A stretch of 62,990 nucleotides of DNA, filler included, from Trichomonas gallinae (lineage: Eukaryota), in assembly GCA_008369845.1 (NCBI GenBank). It is 11 parts of 11 records of this genome, joined end to end, with 100 filler letters (N's around TTAATTAATTAA, not from the genome) between each part and the next. Parts side by side here need not be neighbours in the genome. Positions count along the whole stretch, not along the records: positions 1 to 6,559 come from MRSU01000614.1; positions 6,660 to 7,878 come from MRSU01000617.1; positions 7,979 to 9,473 come from MRSU01000618.1; positions 9,574 to 26,178 come from MRSU01000619.1; 7 more parts are not named here. One strand, 5' to 3'. The notes below the pieces were generated by a model. The model worked only from the letters and a program-made list of their open reading frames with translations, had not been told where the DNA came from and made no database searches. Below are positions 1-11,370 of this stretch, in pieces (the stretch's first letter is position 1; each line of letters opens with the position of its first letter). Position numbers and translations under genes: made by a program.

Positions 1-834
1 GGGGTTGTTTTTTTTTTTTTTTTTTTTTTTTTTTTGAGTTCAATTTTTTGGGGTCCGGACCACAAAAAGTAGATCGATCTCTCGAATGGATCACCAAAAT
101 TTGTTCACCCTCCCATGAACCTAATCATGAGGATACTGACCAGAGGATGAGAAGCCTTTTGGACCAACGCAATTTCTCCAGTTTTGTAAATTTCGATTTT
201 ATTATCGAAATAATTCGTAATAAATAAGACTAGTGCGCATTATATATGCCTCTCAAGTGGTATTGTAAACTGGAACAAATTAAATTTTTAGTGGATTTCG
301 TGAAAATATTATTTTTTATATTAAATTTCATTTTTTGGCATAAAAAAAGAGAATTTCGAAATTTTAAATAATGGATTGATACATATTTTAGATGTAGATC
401 ATATATCAATCATTTATTTTAAATTCACGAAGTTGAAAAATCGTGCCATAGGGAGAGCATTATAAGTATTGTTCCTGTAGTCCTATACTACCCACTCCCA
501 AAGTTTCAGCCTTTTTTGATGTGAAGGTTCGAAGTCACCTCCTTTTTGCAGTATATATACCAATGCTTGATTATGATTATATTTTTTATTAGTTAAAAAT
601 GAAGTGATCATATGAATGATAAAAATTAAATACCAGATTTTGAGACCTTATATTCTAGATCATAAATACACACTTTATTTTTTAATTTTGTTTGATTTTA
701 TAAAATTTCATGAAATGATTTATTTACAAAATTCCGAAATCCGACTATAATATGCTAGTCTAAAACAAGTGAAATAAAATATTTGATTTTGATAAATAAA
801 TATTTTCATTTTTTTTCATTGTAATTAAATCATA

Positions 835-3642
835 ATGATTGGGTTGTCATCAATAACAGTCCATTTTCCAAATAACGAATATCAGGATATGTTAGTGACA
901 CCAATGCCGAATATGACTATCTTAGATATTAAAACGAATATTTCAAAATTTGTACATATTTCAATAGAAGCAATCGAAATCCAAAATAAAGGTCAAACAA
1001 TGAAAAATGAAGCATATGTAGAATCGAAAGATGACGAAACGAAGTTAGATTGTATATTCAAAAACGCGGAAAACAAAAATTCCAATTCAAAAGTAAGTAC
1101 AATGCATAAAGATCTCGAAGATTCGATTACATATCTTGAAAATCTGAATTTTCCGCGAGAAATGGCGCAAAATGCTTTGATTTCTTCGAATGGTGATCTT
1201 GAGAGCGCCTTAGCACTTCTAAGAACTAAATCTATACATATAGAAAGCAATAACGATGATTCTGATGATGTAGCAGAGCCAATTCTTCTTAGTCCTATTT
1301 ATTCAACAAATTCGGAAATTTCAGCACAAGTTTCGGGATCTACTAATCCATTATCACTTCCTAACATTGAACCACCATATACTGGCTATTTACAAGAAAT
1401 TTCGAGTAAATCAAAACGCAAATCATTCGATTATACTTACTATTATATCGTTGGCACTACAAAAGATACTTTTACAGAGTTGGTTTCAGCAATTCGTCAA
1501 AATGTTCCACCTACGCAAGATTTAAATCATTACTTCTCAAAATGTCTCAGAATCTCACCTCTTGAGTACGACAGGATAATAAATATAAGGAGGAATCCAT
1601 TGTCCTTATCAGAAAACGACACTTTCTTCTATAATAATCTTCCGAAAGATAATACAACATTAATTCTCTATAAATACAACATTATTAAATTCAAAGAGCT
1701 GATAAATCGTCTGCATTCAACAGATCTGCCACTAGAAACGGCTTTCCAGACAATTACAGAAAATTGGCCAAGAATTTTCTTGCATGAATATAAACTGACT
1801 GTTTTTCTTCGTCAAGAAATGGAATCATCTGACTCGTCACAAGAACCAAGTGACACTGAGGAAAAGTTCAAGCCCAAACATATTAATTACTCGAAGACGA
1901 TGGACATAGATTTCCACGCATTGCTCAAATTTGTAATGAAAGAAATGAAATACTTGAAAATAACAACAAGTGATTTACCCGAAAATAAGCGAAAATTTGC
2001 TGTTTTCACTGAAGCTGCATTAAACAGAGTCTACAATGGCCTGAAAGCAAAGAATGATATAACAATCACGCAGAGGTACATAAATATGTGCTACAAATGT
2101 GTTCCACTTGTGTCGGAAGATTCGCTGAAAAAATTCGCAAAAAGAAATGATATCAAAGGAACATTCATTGCCATAGACAGAGAAAAATATTCATTCAAGG
2201 ATTTATCTGAATTTATAATTAAAGGATCGAATGATTTTAATGCATTCAAATCAAAATTCGAAATCATCAATTTTGATAAAATAGAAGCTAAAAATCCTAA
2301 AGTTGAAGAACATTTGATTGATCTTGATATTAATGATTTTGATAAGCACGATGTAGCAACAATCAACAGGCTTCCTGTAGATATGAGAGGTTACGTCTAC
2401 AAAATGATAGAAAAACTAAATCAACTGCATTTGTCACCAGATGAATTATCAATGAAAAAGCGCTCACAATCTAATGAAATCTACATAATTATGCCTAGAA
2501 GCACATTCAGAAAAATAGCGAACAGTCTTATCAAGAAGCGGGCAATAGTGAAAATGCAAACTTTATCTCTTTATCTAAATATCTGCTTCAGTCATGCACC
2601 AAAAATCACTGAAAAAGCAATGCAGAGAATTGTCAGTGATCCAACCATCAAAACCGCTTTTCTTTTGTTCACGCGCAAAGACTTTTCAACGCCGAAGCTC
2701 ATAACAGTGTTGGGCCAAGATAGTGTAGAGAGTTTTATCACTAGAATACAGACAATCAATGGTGATTCAATTGATTCTGAAGATGAATTTCCTGATCCTC
2801 CTACACCACCACAATTACCTCCTGTTGTCGAAGAAGTAGTACAAGAAATGCCAAAGAAAAGAGGAAGGAAGCCTAGAAAGAAACCAGAAGAATCATCTAA
2901 ACCAAATGAAAAGACTGAAACCAAAAATGAAATTAAACATGCATCACCGAAAAAGAAAATTGAAGAAAAAGCTGAATCTAAAACGGAGAGCGCTGATCAA
3001 AAAACGTCGAAGAGGCGAGGAAGGCCGAAGAAGAGCAATACAGAGCACATACAAAAAAGCGACGAAGTTAAAACTTTTCCAATTCCGCTTGAACCACCGG
3101 TTTTTGTTCACCGAATTAATGACACACCAATGGAACCAGTTCCAGCAAAATATGCAACAATTGATCCAATTCCATCACAGAATCCATCAATTGATCCACT
3201 ATCATCACAACATGCGCCAATTGATCCTGTTAATATAATAAATATTGCTCAAATTGAGCACACTCCTATTGGTGAGCAATTTCATGAACAAGTAAATGTG
3301 CATGTGGAGGAGCCAATACACACTGAAGTTCAGCAGCTAATTACAATTCCAATTGCTGATCCAACAATGTCAGATGCTGGTGAAATTGGCCAACTTCAAA
3401 ATGATTATCAACAGTATGATATGTTGGTAATGCAGGAACAGCCTCAACAAGAAAACTCTGAGGTACAACAAAAAGCAATACCTCAAGAAAGCCACGAACA
3501 AAATGTGGACCTAGAAGATTTAATCGACAAATTGCGCAAACAAATTGTAACAAATGAAATTGCAGTAGAATTGCTAAAGAAGACTAACAACAATGTTAGC
3601 TGGGCTTCTATCGAATTCTTCCGCCGATTGTGGGACAAATAA
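835..3642 (+). CDS. Ubiquitin-like + UBA domain protein with an internally duplicated domain, AT-hook(-like) motifs and a C-terminal UBA-like motif
   Basis: 935-aa ORF preceded by TCATT Inr motifs. UBL-like N-terminus (TILDIKTNISKFVHISIEAIEIQNKGQTM), UBA (LENLNFPREMAQNALISSNGDLESALALL), KKRGRKPR and KRRGRPKK motifs, C-terminal AVELLKKTNNNVSWASIEFF. Confidence 0.8.
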   Translation: MIGLSSITVHFPNNEYQDMLVTPMPNMTILDIKTNISKFVHISIEAIEIQNKGQTMKNEAYVESKDDETKLDCIFKNAENKNSNSKVSTMHKDLEDSITYLENLNFPREMAQNALISSNGDLESALALLRTKSIHIESNNDDSDDVAEPILLSPIYSTNSEISAQVSGSTNPLSLPNIEPPYTGYLQEISSKSKRKSFDYTYYYIVGTTKDTFTELVSAIRQNVPPTQDLNHYFSKCLRISPLEYDRIINIRRNPLSLSENDTFFYNNLPKDNTTLILYKYNIIKFKELINRLHSTDLPLETAFQTITENWPRIFLHEYKLTVFLRQEMESSDSSQEPSDTEEKFKPKHINYSKTMDIDFHALLKFVMKEMKYLKITTSDLPENKRKFAVFTEAALNRVYNGLKAKNDITITQRYINMCYKCVPLVSEDSLKKFAKRNDIKGTFIAIDREKYSFKDLSEFIIKGSNDFNAFKSKFEIINFDKIEAKNPKVEEHLIDLDINDFDKHDVATINRLPVDMRGYVYKMIEKLNQLHLSPDELSMKKRSQSNEIYIIMPRSTFRKIANSLIKKRAIVKMQTLSLYLNICFSHAPKITEKAMQRIVSDPTIKTAFLLFTRKDFSTPKLITVLGQDSVESFITRIQTINGDSIDSEDEFPDPPTPPQLPPVVEEVVQEMPKKRGRKPRKKPEESSKPNEKTETKNEIKHASPKKKIEEKAESKTESADQKTSKRRGRPKKSNTEHIQKSDEVKTFPIPLEPPVFVHRINDTPMEPVPAKYATIDPIPSQNPSIDPLSSQHAPIDPVNIINIAQIEHTPIGEQFHEQVNVHVEEPIHTEVQQLITIPIADPTMSDAGEIGQLQNDYQQYDMLVMQEQPQQENSEVQQKAIPQESHEQNVDLEDLIDKLRKQIVTNEIAVELLKKTNNNVSWASIEFFRRLWDK

Positions 3643-3959
3643 TTTACGGTCGTATGTATAATAAATTTATTGTATTTTTATATACATGATTTACTTTTAG
3701 TTATATTTGAAAGTATTATTTTCTTTTATTTTTTCCGTATGAAAATGAGTTTCTATTCTAATAAAATTGTTCGCGATCAAAATGGTTGATTGATTATCGT
3801 GAATTTCTCAAAGTTGCGGTCAAATATCTATAGATATGGTATAGTACAAATCAACAAGATTTGAAAATGGAGAAATCAATCTTTGGTATTGACATAATGG
3901 TTACAAATAATTAAATTAAATCTATACAAAAAAGGAAAAAACAAACAAGTATATATGGT

Positions 3960-5411
3960 TTAGTTTTCAGCATTGGATTGAAGTAAGCTTAGTTTCGATG
4001 CCATATTATTTAGTTGGACTCTTTTTGATTGGCAAAGAATTCCTTTTATTTTAAGAATTTCTCTCTTAGATTCTAAAGCTTGTGAATAAATATCATTTTC
4101 TATAATTAGTATATTAAGAAGATCATCATAATTACTCACTGCCTTCGAATGCTTGATTGATAAATCAAGAATTTCATCTTTCTTTTGTTCAATTTTTGTT
4201 TCCAAAACTGTAATCAATTGATTTTCCTCATCTTTCTTCTTATCACATTTAACCCTCATATCATCCAAATAGTTTTCCAATCCTTCTTCATCCGTTTCAT
4301 CTATTTTGCTTTTGAATTCCAGTTCTTCAAGTTTTCGTCTTTGATTTTCAACATGCGCAAAAATTTGGCTCAACTCTTCGTTGACAACTTTCTGTGTTGA
4401 TCTTGTAATTTCTAGTTGCGATTCAAGTTCAATGTATTTTGCTGTTTGCTGCTTTTTGTTCTTCTTCATTTGCATTGATTGTATTTTCTTTGCAGTTTTC
4501 TTTTCATTAAGTTTATTTTGCTGTATTTTGATTTGATCGATTTTGTTTTTTAATTCATTGACTTCTTCTCTTTTTAGCAGAACTTTTTGATTAAAATTTG
4601 TGTCATTTAAATCTATTTCATTTATTTTCACATATATTTGGACTATTCTATCATTGATTTTCACTATTTCATCTCTCATTTTATCTTTATCGATTAATAT
4701 TTGTTGTTTTTGTGATTGTACTGTTTCTGATTTGATATTATCATTATTTTCTATTTCTTTGAACTTTGTTTTTGAATTTGAAACTATTTCTGCGCATTTC
4801 TCTGCATGTTTCATTTCCTTGTTAAACTCTTTCTTGATTTTAACAACTGTTTGTTCGTGTGATGCTATTACATCTTTAACTTGTTTCGCGTGTTGATTTG
4901 TTTCTTTTATCAAAACTTGAGTTGCTTTAATATCATTGATAATTGGTGTTAAAATATCTTCTGTAAGTTTATCTTCATCTGTTGGAGTAAGTGTTATCAA
5001 TCTGGCTTCAGTCGAAACGATATTAGATTCAGTTTTTCTAATATTTTGTTCTATTGATAATTTTTGTGGTCCAAAGTTTGCAATATCAGTATCAATGTCT
5101 TTGGCTCTCTGATTTAGCTCTTTCAATTTGTTTTCTAATGATTTTTCTTGTGCATCTAATGAATTCATTTGATTTGTAATAGATTTTGCGAACTCTTTCT
5201 TTGCATTATCGAGTTCTTGTTTGGAATCTCCTAGTTTTCTTGCATATTGATTTAATTTTAAAATTCGAGATTCTATTTCTTGTTGTATATCGTATAATTC
5301 ATAAAATTTTTGCTTCCTTCTGCTTTGGATGTTGATTTGAAATTCGGATGAGTCCATTAAATTTGCAGTTGTTTCATTTATCGATAGATTCAATGCGGTA
5401 CTTTCATCCAT
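3960..5411 (-). CDS. Coiled-coil hypothetical protein
   Basis: Long K/E/Q/N-rich heptad ORF. Likely start is MDEST at 5411; an in-frame upstream ATG lies at 5477. Confidence 0.75.
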   Translation of the reverse strand: MDESTALNLSINETTANLMDSSEFQINIQSRRKQKFYELYDIQQEIESRILKLNQYARKLGDSKQELDNAKKEFAKSITNQMNSLDAQEKSLENKLKELNQRAKDIDTDIANFGPQKLSIEQNIRKTESNIVSTEARLITLTPTDEDKLTEDILTPIINDIKATQVLIKETNQHAKQVKDVIASHEQTVVKIKKEFNKEMKHAEKCAEIVSNSKTKFKEIENNDNIKSETVQSQKQQILIDKDKMRDEIVKINDRIVQIYVKINEIDLNDTNFNQKVLLKREEVNELKNKIDQIKIQQNKLNEKKTAKKIQSMQMKKNKKQQTAKYIELESQLEITRSTQKVVNEELSQIFAHVENQRRKLEELEFKSKIDETDEEGLENYLDDMRVKCDKKKDEENQLITVLETKIEQKKDEILDLSIKHSKAVSNYDDLLNILIIENDIYSQALESKREILKIKGILCQSKRVQLNNMASKLSLLQSNAEN

Positions 5412-5746
5412 TCTGAATTTAGATAATAATTTAAGTATATTTCCATGCCAAAAGAACATCAGCATTACAATTTTCATTATATATATTCGTAACGAAATTA
5501 TTGAATTTTTTTATTAACGCTATCCATATACTTTTGAGCTATATATGATTAATATGCCTTTAGACAACTGAGCATAAAACAGATTTAGGTCTAAATAGAA
5601 CTATTATAAAATTTTATAATTAAAATTACAAAACAATAATATAAATCGCTGGTATTTCATATAGCTAACATGAATATATTAATAATACACGAGCCTAAAA
5701 GGCAAATATAATATATCAATTGAAAATTAATATTTTCGCGTCAATT

Positions 5747-6343
5747 TCAACAGCACACGCTTTCTTCCTTCGTAGTTTTGTTAGATGGCTTTAAATTCAC
5801 ATCTGGAACTGTTTGAACTCTTTCTTGAACAACGCGTTTCACTACTGCTTGATTGACCATCTCAAATAACTCGTAAACACCGAATCCATCTAGTGCTGAT
5901 GTGAACAAAAACTGTGCATTCAACTCGCGCGACAAGTCAACAATCTCTGTTTCGGTTACTTTTGCTTTTTCGATCAAATCGTATTTATTTGCTGCTAGAA
6001 AAATTAAGCTTGAGTCGGAATTTGACTTATAATCATTCACCCACATCTGTATATCATTGAATGACTGTCTATCTGTTATATCGAACACTAAAATTGCTGC
6101 CATTGAATTTCGGTAATAAATTTGGCCTAGTGAGCGGTATTTTTCTTGGCCTGCAGTATCAAAGTAATTGACGAATATCTTCATATCTTTTTCGACAAAC
6201 TGTCTAGTGCTAACTGCAGGAGCAATAGTAGGCGTAGATGTATGTTGAAAGCTAGAATGGAAATATTTGTGGAATAAAGATGTCTTCCCAGTTCTAGTGT
6301 TCCCTATCATTACAACTCTGGTGTTAATTTCCATTACAGACAT
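5747..6343 (-). CDS. Rab-family small GTPase
   Basis: GNTRTGKTS, DTAGQE, YYRN, NKYD and TSA motifs; C-terminal CC prenylation site. Confidence 0.93.
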   Translation of the reverse strand: MSVMEINTRVVMIGNTRTGKTSLFHKYFHSSFQHTSTPTIAPAVSTRQFVEKDMKIFVNYFDTAGQEKYRSLGQIYYRNSMAAILVFDITDRQSFNDIQMWVNDYKSNSDSSLIFLAANKYDLIEKAKVTETEIVDLSRELNAQFLFTSALDGFGVYELFEMVNQAVVKRVVQERVQTVPDVNLKPSNKTTKEESVCC

Positions 6344-6559
6344 CTGAAATCAACTTGCGTTGTAATGATATATATTTTTGTCAGTAAAATTTGACAATTT
6401 CAAAACTTTATTTGGCAAATTGCCAACCAATTCTATAAAAAGGTAGTCCGGCAGATTTTTTTAAAATTGTCAAAAATGACCCCTGCTTATAAAACGCGTC
6501 AGGTTCGACGCTACAGTAGAGCCCAAGAAAACTCCACCGGGATTTTTTTGATGGGAATC

Positions 6560-6659
6560 NNNNNNNNNNNNNNNNNNNNNNNNNNNNNNNNNNNNNNNNN
6601 NNNTTAATTAATTAANNNNNNNNNNNNNNNNNNNNNNNNNNNNNNNNNNNNNNNNNNNN
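6560..6659. other. Assembly gap spacer (N-TTAATTAATTAA-N). Same spacer at 7879-7978, 9474-9573, 26179-26278, 43351-43450, 46536-46635, 48251-48350, 56443-56542, 58373-58472 and 61010-61109
   Basis: Ten 100-nt N runs, each with a central 12-mer giving stops in all six frames; artificial linker. Confidence 0.97.
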
Positions 6660-6768
6660 TGGCAAATTTCATTTTTATTTGACAAAATTCTATTCTTTAT
6701 TTGGCAAATTTCATTTTTATTTGACAAATTTCTATTCTTTATTTGGCAAATTTGATCTATATTTGATA
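6660..6768. repeat. Tandem repeat with 42-bp period (dimer of ~21-bp TTTATTTGRCAAAW subunits)
   Basis: ggcaaattt recurs at 6661, 6703 and 6745 with near-identical intervening sequence; it abuts a gap. Confidence 0.85.
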
Positions 6769-7341
6769 ATAGAGCGAGGGGCGTTTCTTACATGACTTGG
6801 TCCGATATTCAGAATATAAATAGGCATGCCAACTGTGATAAAATTTACAGAAGTCCAACAGGTTTTCCTACGCCTACTTTTCAACTAATGAGCAAGTAAA
6901 ATGTCGTTATTGAATTACATGTAATCAGAATGATCAATTTCATTATCAATAGGCCACGATACGTCTCCGTTTTGATTGTTATATGCTGTAACGCTTTGTC
7001 GCCAAAAATCACATATTTCTTAATAACGTCTATTTCTAATACGGCACATAAGGGTAATGGATAGCACGAAATTAGTTCAATATATGCTTGAAAATGAAAA
7101 TCATTATAAAGAAAACTATTTAATAACTTTTTGAATCAAATCAAAAAATAATCTTAAAAAAAATATTAAGAGATTGAGCTTGAAGATAGTTTTAAAGACA
7201 AATTAACATAGGAATATAGTTGCTATGAGATATGTGGGCATGATTGGATGAGATTTAGCCAAGTTTTAAAAATCTCATGAGCAATATATATGTGACGGAT
7301 TTGTGTGTAAAAACAATTAATAACAGAAGCAAGAAGGTAGT

Positions 7342-7878
7342 TCATGAAATATAACATTCTTTCTCTTTTTTGTGTTTTTCTTTTTTCTTTTTCGAAGCAT
7401 TCTCCTCATCTTCTTCCTTTGGTGCTTCTTCTTGTTTTGGATTTTTAACCACCAAATAACTAATTTTTTCGAACAAGTCATCGATTCCAGTTCCAGTTTT
7501 AGCTGATGTAAAGAATATATTGGTATATTTCTGAGCCAAACGTGAACCAATCACATCTTGGTCTTCAGAAAGCGAATTTGCCATATCTGTTTTATTAATT
7601 ACGATTACAAGTTCGGGATTTTCGTTGTTCTTGTGTAGTAAGCTGATCCACTCGTCAATTTTTTCGATAGATTGATAATCTGTGTAAGATGCAACAACAA
7701 CAGCGACATCTGTATCCTTTACGAACAGAGGAAGCAGCTGGGCATATTTCTCTTGTCCAGCAGTATCCCATAAGCACAATTCAGCCTTAGTTTCCTCGAC
7801 TTGGACTTCAATCGTAGTTCTGCCAGTGCCGACTGTTGGATCTACAATCAGCTGGAATACGTTGTCTTTCTTCCTGCG
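7342..7878 (-). CDS. Rab-family small GTPase, 5' end lost in gap
   Basis: Frame is open from the gap: PTVG...LWDTAGQE, NKTD, TSAKTG, polybasic tail ending CYIS. Confidence 0.88.
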   Translation of the reverse strand, partial: RRKKDNVFQLIVDPTVGTGRTTIEVQVEETKAELCLWDTAGQEKYAQLLPLFVKDTDVAVVVASYTDYQSIEKIDEWISLLHKNNENPELVIVINKTDMANSLSEDQDVIGSRLAQKYTNIFFTSAKTGTGIDDLFEKISYLVVKNPKQEEAPKEEDEENASKKKKEKHKKEKECYIS

Positions 7879-7978
7879 NNNNNNNNNNNNNNNNNNNNNN
7901 NNNNNNNNNNNNNNNNNNNNNNTTAATTAATTAANNNNNNNNNNNNNNNNNNNNNNNNNNNNNNNNNNNNNNNNNNNN

Positions 7979-8536
7979 GCTACAGCAGTCTTCCCAGATC
8001 AGGACTTCAAGGAGGTTTCCCTCTGCGACTACAAGGGCAAGTGGCTCGTCCTCTTCTCATACCCACTCGACTTCACATTCGTCTGCCCAACAGAGATTAT
8101 CGAGTTCTCCAACAAGATTGAAGAGTTCAAGAAGATCGGCTGCGAGGTCCTCGGCATGTCCATCGACTCCCAATTCTCCCACCTCGCCTGGATCAACACA
8201 CCACGCAAGGAGGGCGGCCTCGGCAAGATCGACTATCCACTCCTCGCTGACCTTGGTGGCAAGATCTCCAAGCAGTTCGGCTTCTACATGGAGGAAGCTG
8301 GCCACACACTCCGTGGAACAGCCATCATCGACCCAGAGGGCATCGTTCGCCACGTCCAGATGAACCACCCAGATGTCGGCCGTAACGTTGATGAGATCAT
8401 CCGCCTCGTCAAGGCTTACCAGTTCGCTGCTAAGCACGGCGAAGTTTGCCCAGCTCAGTGGCACGGAGAGGGCGACCTCACAATCAAGCCAAATCCAAAG
8501 GCCTCCAAGGAGTACTTCGGCAAGGCTAACAACTAA
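7979..8536 (+). CDS. TPx: Typical 2-Cys peroxiredoxin (thioredoxin peroxidase), 5' end lost in gap
   Basis: Frame is open from the gap: [33 protein letters not shown]-rich codon bias typical of highly expressed genes. Confidence 0.96.
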   Translation, partial: ATAVFPDQDFKEVSLCDYKGKWLVLFSYPLDFTFVCPTEIIEFSNKIEEFKKIGCEVLGMSIDSQFSHLAWINTPRKEGGLGKIDYPLLADLGGKISKQFGFYMEEAGHTLRGTAIIDPEGIVRHVQMNHPDVGRNVDEIIRLVKAYQFAAKHGEVCPAQWHGEGDLTIKPNPKASKEYFGKANN

Positions 8537-9110
8537 ACACTCTTAGTTCCGGGTTTTTCACTAATTTATTTTTTTTCTAAATTAATTTTGTAAAGCGTAA
8601 CAAAACAGTCTTATACCCATGCACTACTGTATAGAGAAAGAATTTCACAATTATTCAAAGAAATTATTCGCACATATGAAATATTAGCAACAAAATACGA
8701 GCTAGATATCAGATTTATTTCCCAGAGGATAAGTATTTATAACTAATATATAATTTATGAATTCTTATGCGAATCAGAAAATTTCGAGTTACAAATTTTG
8801 CATAAGTTTACGATAAGTGATGCACATTAGATATATTCTGCAACATGCTGTTAAATATCGATTACAAAACAATTAAGTTAACACTGCATTCAAATTATTA
8901 CTTAATCTTTTACAAAAAAAAGGCATCTAGGCGTATTACTCAATACAGAAGAACCCATCACATCATAATCGTTGATTTTTGTATTGTCAGACTTGTGTTG
9001 TCACGGCATCATTTTCTGCAATGAATGTCAGAAAAGTATATTGAGAAATTTGCACGTAGTTGATTAAATACATATACATATTAATTTTATATTACAAACA
9101 ATGATAAAAA

Positions 9111-9473
9111 TTAGTGTTTTGGTGGCGCGTTAACGAGCTGGTCTTCTTCGTTGACGATTTTAAGCAAAACTTCTTCAAGAGCTTCAATCGTGAAAGTGAA
9201 CTGGTCGACGCCAAATTCCTTCATCCTCAATTCCAGTGTTTTCACAAACAGAGCAATCTTGTCTTCAACAATAGGTATGTGGTAAGTGTTCTTCTTCCTC
9301 TTTTCAACAGTGACATTTTCAATAACTGTCCTTAGCATCTGAAGGAATCCTTCTTTATCGTAGTTCTCATTAACAACTCTAAGAATGTATCCGCATTTAA
9401 ACTGAGACCTCAGCTCTGTCGCTGAGCCCCTCTTTTTGATTTCTCCTTTACTCATCACGAAAATCTTGTTGCA
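9111..9473 (-). CDS. C-terminal fragment of an ABC transporter (ABCA-like)
   Basis: CNKIFVMSKGEIKKRGSATELRSQFKCGYIL...LEEVLLKI resembles the post-NBD region of ABCA proteins; the rest is in the gap. Confidence 0.75.
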   Translation of the reverse strand, partial: CNKIFVMSKGEIKKRGSATELRSQFKCGYILRVVNENYDKEGFLQMLRTVIENVTVEKRKKNTYHIPIVEDKIALFVKTLELRMKEFGVDQFTFTIEALEEVLLKIVNEEDQLVNAPPKH

Positions 9474-9573
9474 NNNNNNNNNNNNNNNNNNNNNNNNNNN
9501 NNNNNNNNNNNNNNNNNTTAATTAATTAANNNNNNNNNNNNNNNNNNNNNNNNNNNNNNNNNNNNNNNNNNNN

Positions 9574-10115
9574 TTATCACCCTTGTAGCCCTTGGATGTC
9601 TGCATCTTCTTGAGGGCGTGCTCGAACTTCTCGTCCTCGATGCCGAGAACGATTGCACCGAAGCCCTGAAGAAGGCGGCGGTATGAGTCGTAGACGAAGC
9701 GTGGGTTGTTTGTGAGCTTGATCATTGCCTGGACTGTGACATCGTTGAGACCGATGTTGAGGACTGTGTCCATCATACCTGGCATGGATATCTTAGCGCC
9801 AGAGCGGCATGAAACGAGAAGTGGCTTTTCAGCAGAGCCGAACTTCTTGCCTGTCATTTCTTCAAGGCGGTGGATGGCATTGAGCTGTTCCTCCCAGAGA
9901 CCTGGTGGATAAGCTGGTGGATCCTGCTTGTAGAAGTCATTGCATGCCTCTGTTGTGATTGTGAAGCCCTTTGGAACTGGAACTCCGAGTTTAGCAATCC
10001 AAGCAAGATTGCCGCCCTTGCCACCGAGTAATGCAAGAACCTTGTCCTTCTGTCCATCGACGCGTTTCTCAACTTCGCCAACTTCTTCGAAGAAGTAGAT
10101 ATAGCGCTTAGCCAT
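9574..10115 (-). CDS. PPDK: Pyruvate, phosphate dikinase, N-terminal part (3' end lost in gap)
   Basis: LLGGKGGNLA, VPKGFTITTEAC, PLLVSCRSGAKISMPGMMDTVLNIGLND, YDSYRRL. Confidence 0.97.
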
Positions 10116-10123
10116 AATTAAAT

Positions 10124-10131
10124 AAAAGTGA
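10124..10131 (-). promoter_or_regulatory. Trichomonad initiator (Inr) TCACTTTT of PPDK
   Basis: TCACTTTT ends 8 nt upstream of the ATG, matching the T. vaginalis Inr TCA(+1)YT/A. Confidence 0.7.
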
Positions 10132-10649
10132 GGTCATCTAATTCCCTTTCAATTGAAGTATTGGTTGTAAATCATTTAATCTTTCATCAAATCGTTTTCA
10201 CTTTCATCCCAACCCTTTCCCAAAGCATTTCCAACGAGAGAAAAAACATATTTAAATAATGGCTGACTACTTTATATTGAAAATTATAACAGGCGGGATC
10301 CTCCTCAAAAAAGATGCAATTGGTCTATATCTATACACTTTGAAGACCTCAAATACGCCTTGACCTACTAACGATTGAAAAATTGATTGAAGGATGGACA
10401 CTTAATTTTTTTATTTGTTATTTCTTATATTTTCTCTGTAAATGTTATAATAAAATGATCAAAAAATTGAGAGATTCACAAATATTTGAGAGATGTTTTA
10501 AGAAAAGTTTAATTACATCAATTCAAATGGTTTTTTCATCGTATTAAGTATTCGAGGAAAATTATATCCATTTCGGTTAAATAAAAATTTTCTTAAGTTT
10601 TTTTACCCCGTGAAATGGATATATCAATTATCTCTTGTTTTCCCTGTTG

Positions 10650-11370
10650 GTATATGAGATACTAAGTTTAATGAGATAAAAGATTTGATAAGACTATTGT
10701 AAGTTGGTTGGATGCACATTTTGATTCGAATTTTGAACTATTAATTTGACCAAATATAGCAATAAGTGATATGCAACTCCTAATATAAGCCCAAATATCA
10801 GCGTATATTTGTAATTCACATCATTTTTTCATTTGATTTGAACTCATCAAGACGAAAAACTGCTTTACAGCGAGTATTCTTTATTATATTATCTAACAGC
10901 ACATTGTTATATCCATTATAGTTCACTCCAAATACGATTTTGCTTCAAATATTATCGAATTTCCAGTGATCCTCCATAAATAAGCCAAAATAAGTATAAA
11001 TTCTGACTCACTGATATATAGGTATGATGAATGTACGCCGATAATAAGATGAACACAAAATAATTTAATTTCGTAATTTTCCTATCCAATATATGAGAAT
11101 TTGCCGTCTTTTTCAGATTGACAAACACTTATACTACTCATAGCATCTTGTTTTGCAAGAAGTAATCGTATGACAAAATTATTTTCAAAAAACATCTGAT
11201 TAAAAAGAATTATGATCAACATTCATATCTATATTTGTCAGAGTGAATAATTCTACATAGTCATTACGCTTTGTTAATCGAATTTCATCAATATGAAGAA
11301 TTTCAGAGCCCATAAAAGGCAAGTTTGGATTAAGTAACTCTAAAAGAATATGATCCATTCATTACTCTTT
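10650..11370 (-). pseudogene. Highly decayed Ser/Thr protein kinase remnant
   Basis: Minus-strand fragments in kinase subdomain order across shifted frames: NGSY (~11350), LLLAK...KTAN..LD..KLNYF (~11160-11060), ADIWA/LGV (~10800). No continuous ORF; boundaries approximate. Confidence 0.45.

Noticed and set aside
8029..8464. Antisense and alternate-frame ORFs over peroxiredoxin, and similar shadow ORFs over other genes
   Set aside because: By-products of codon bias in the real CDS; no motifs of their own.
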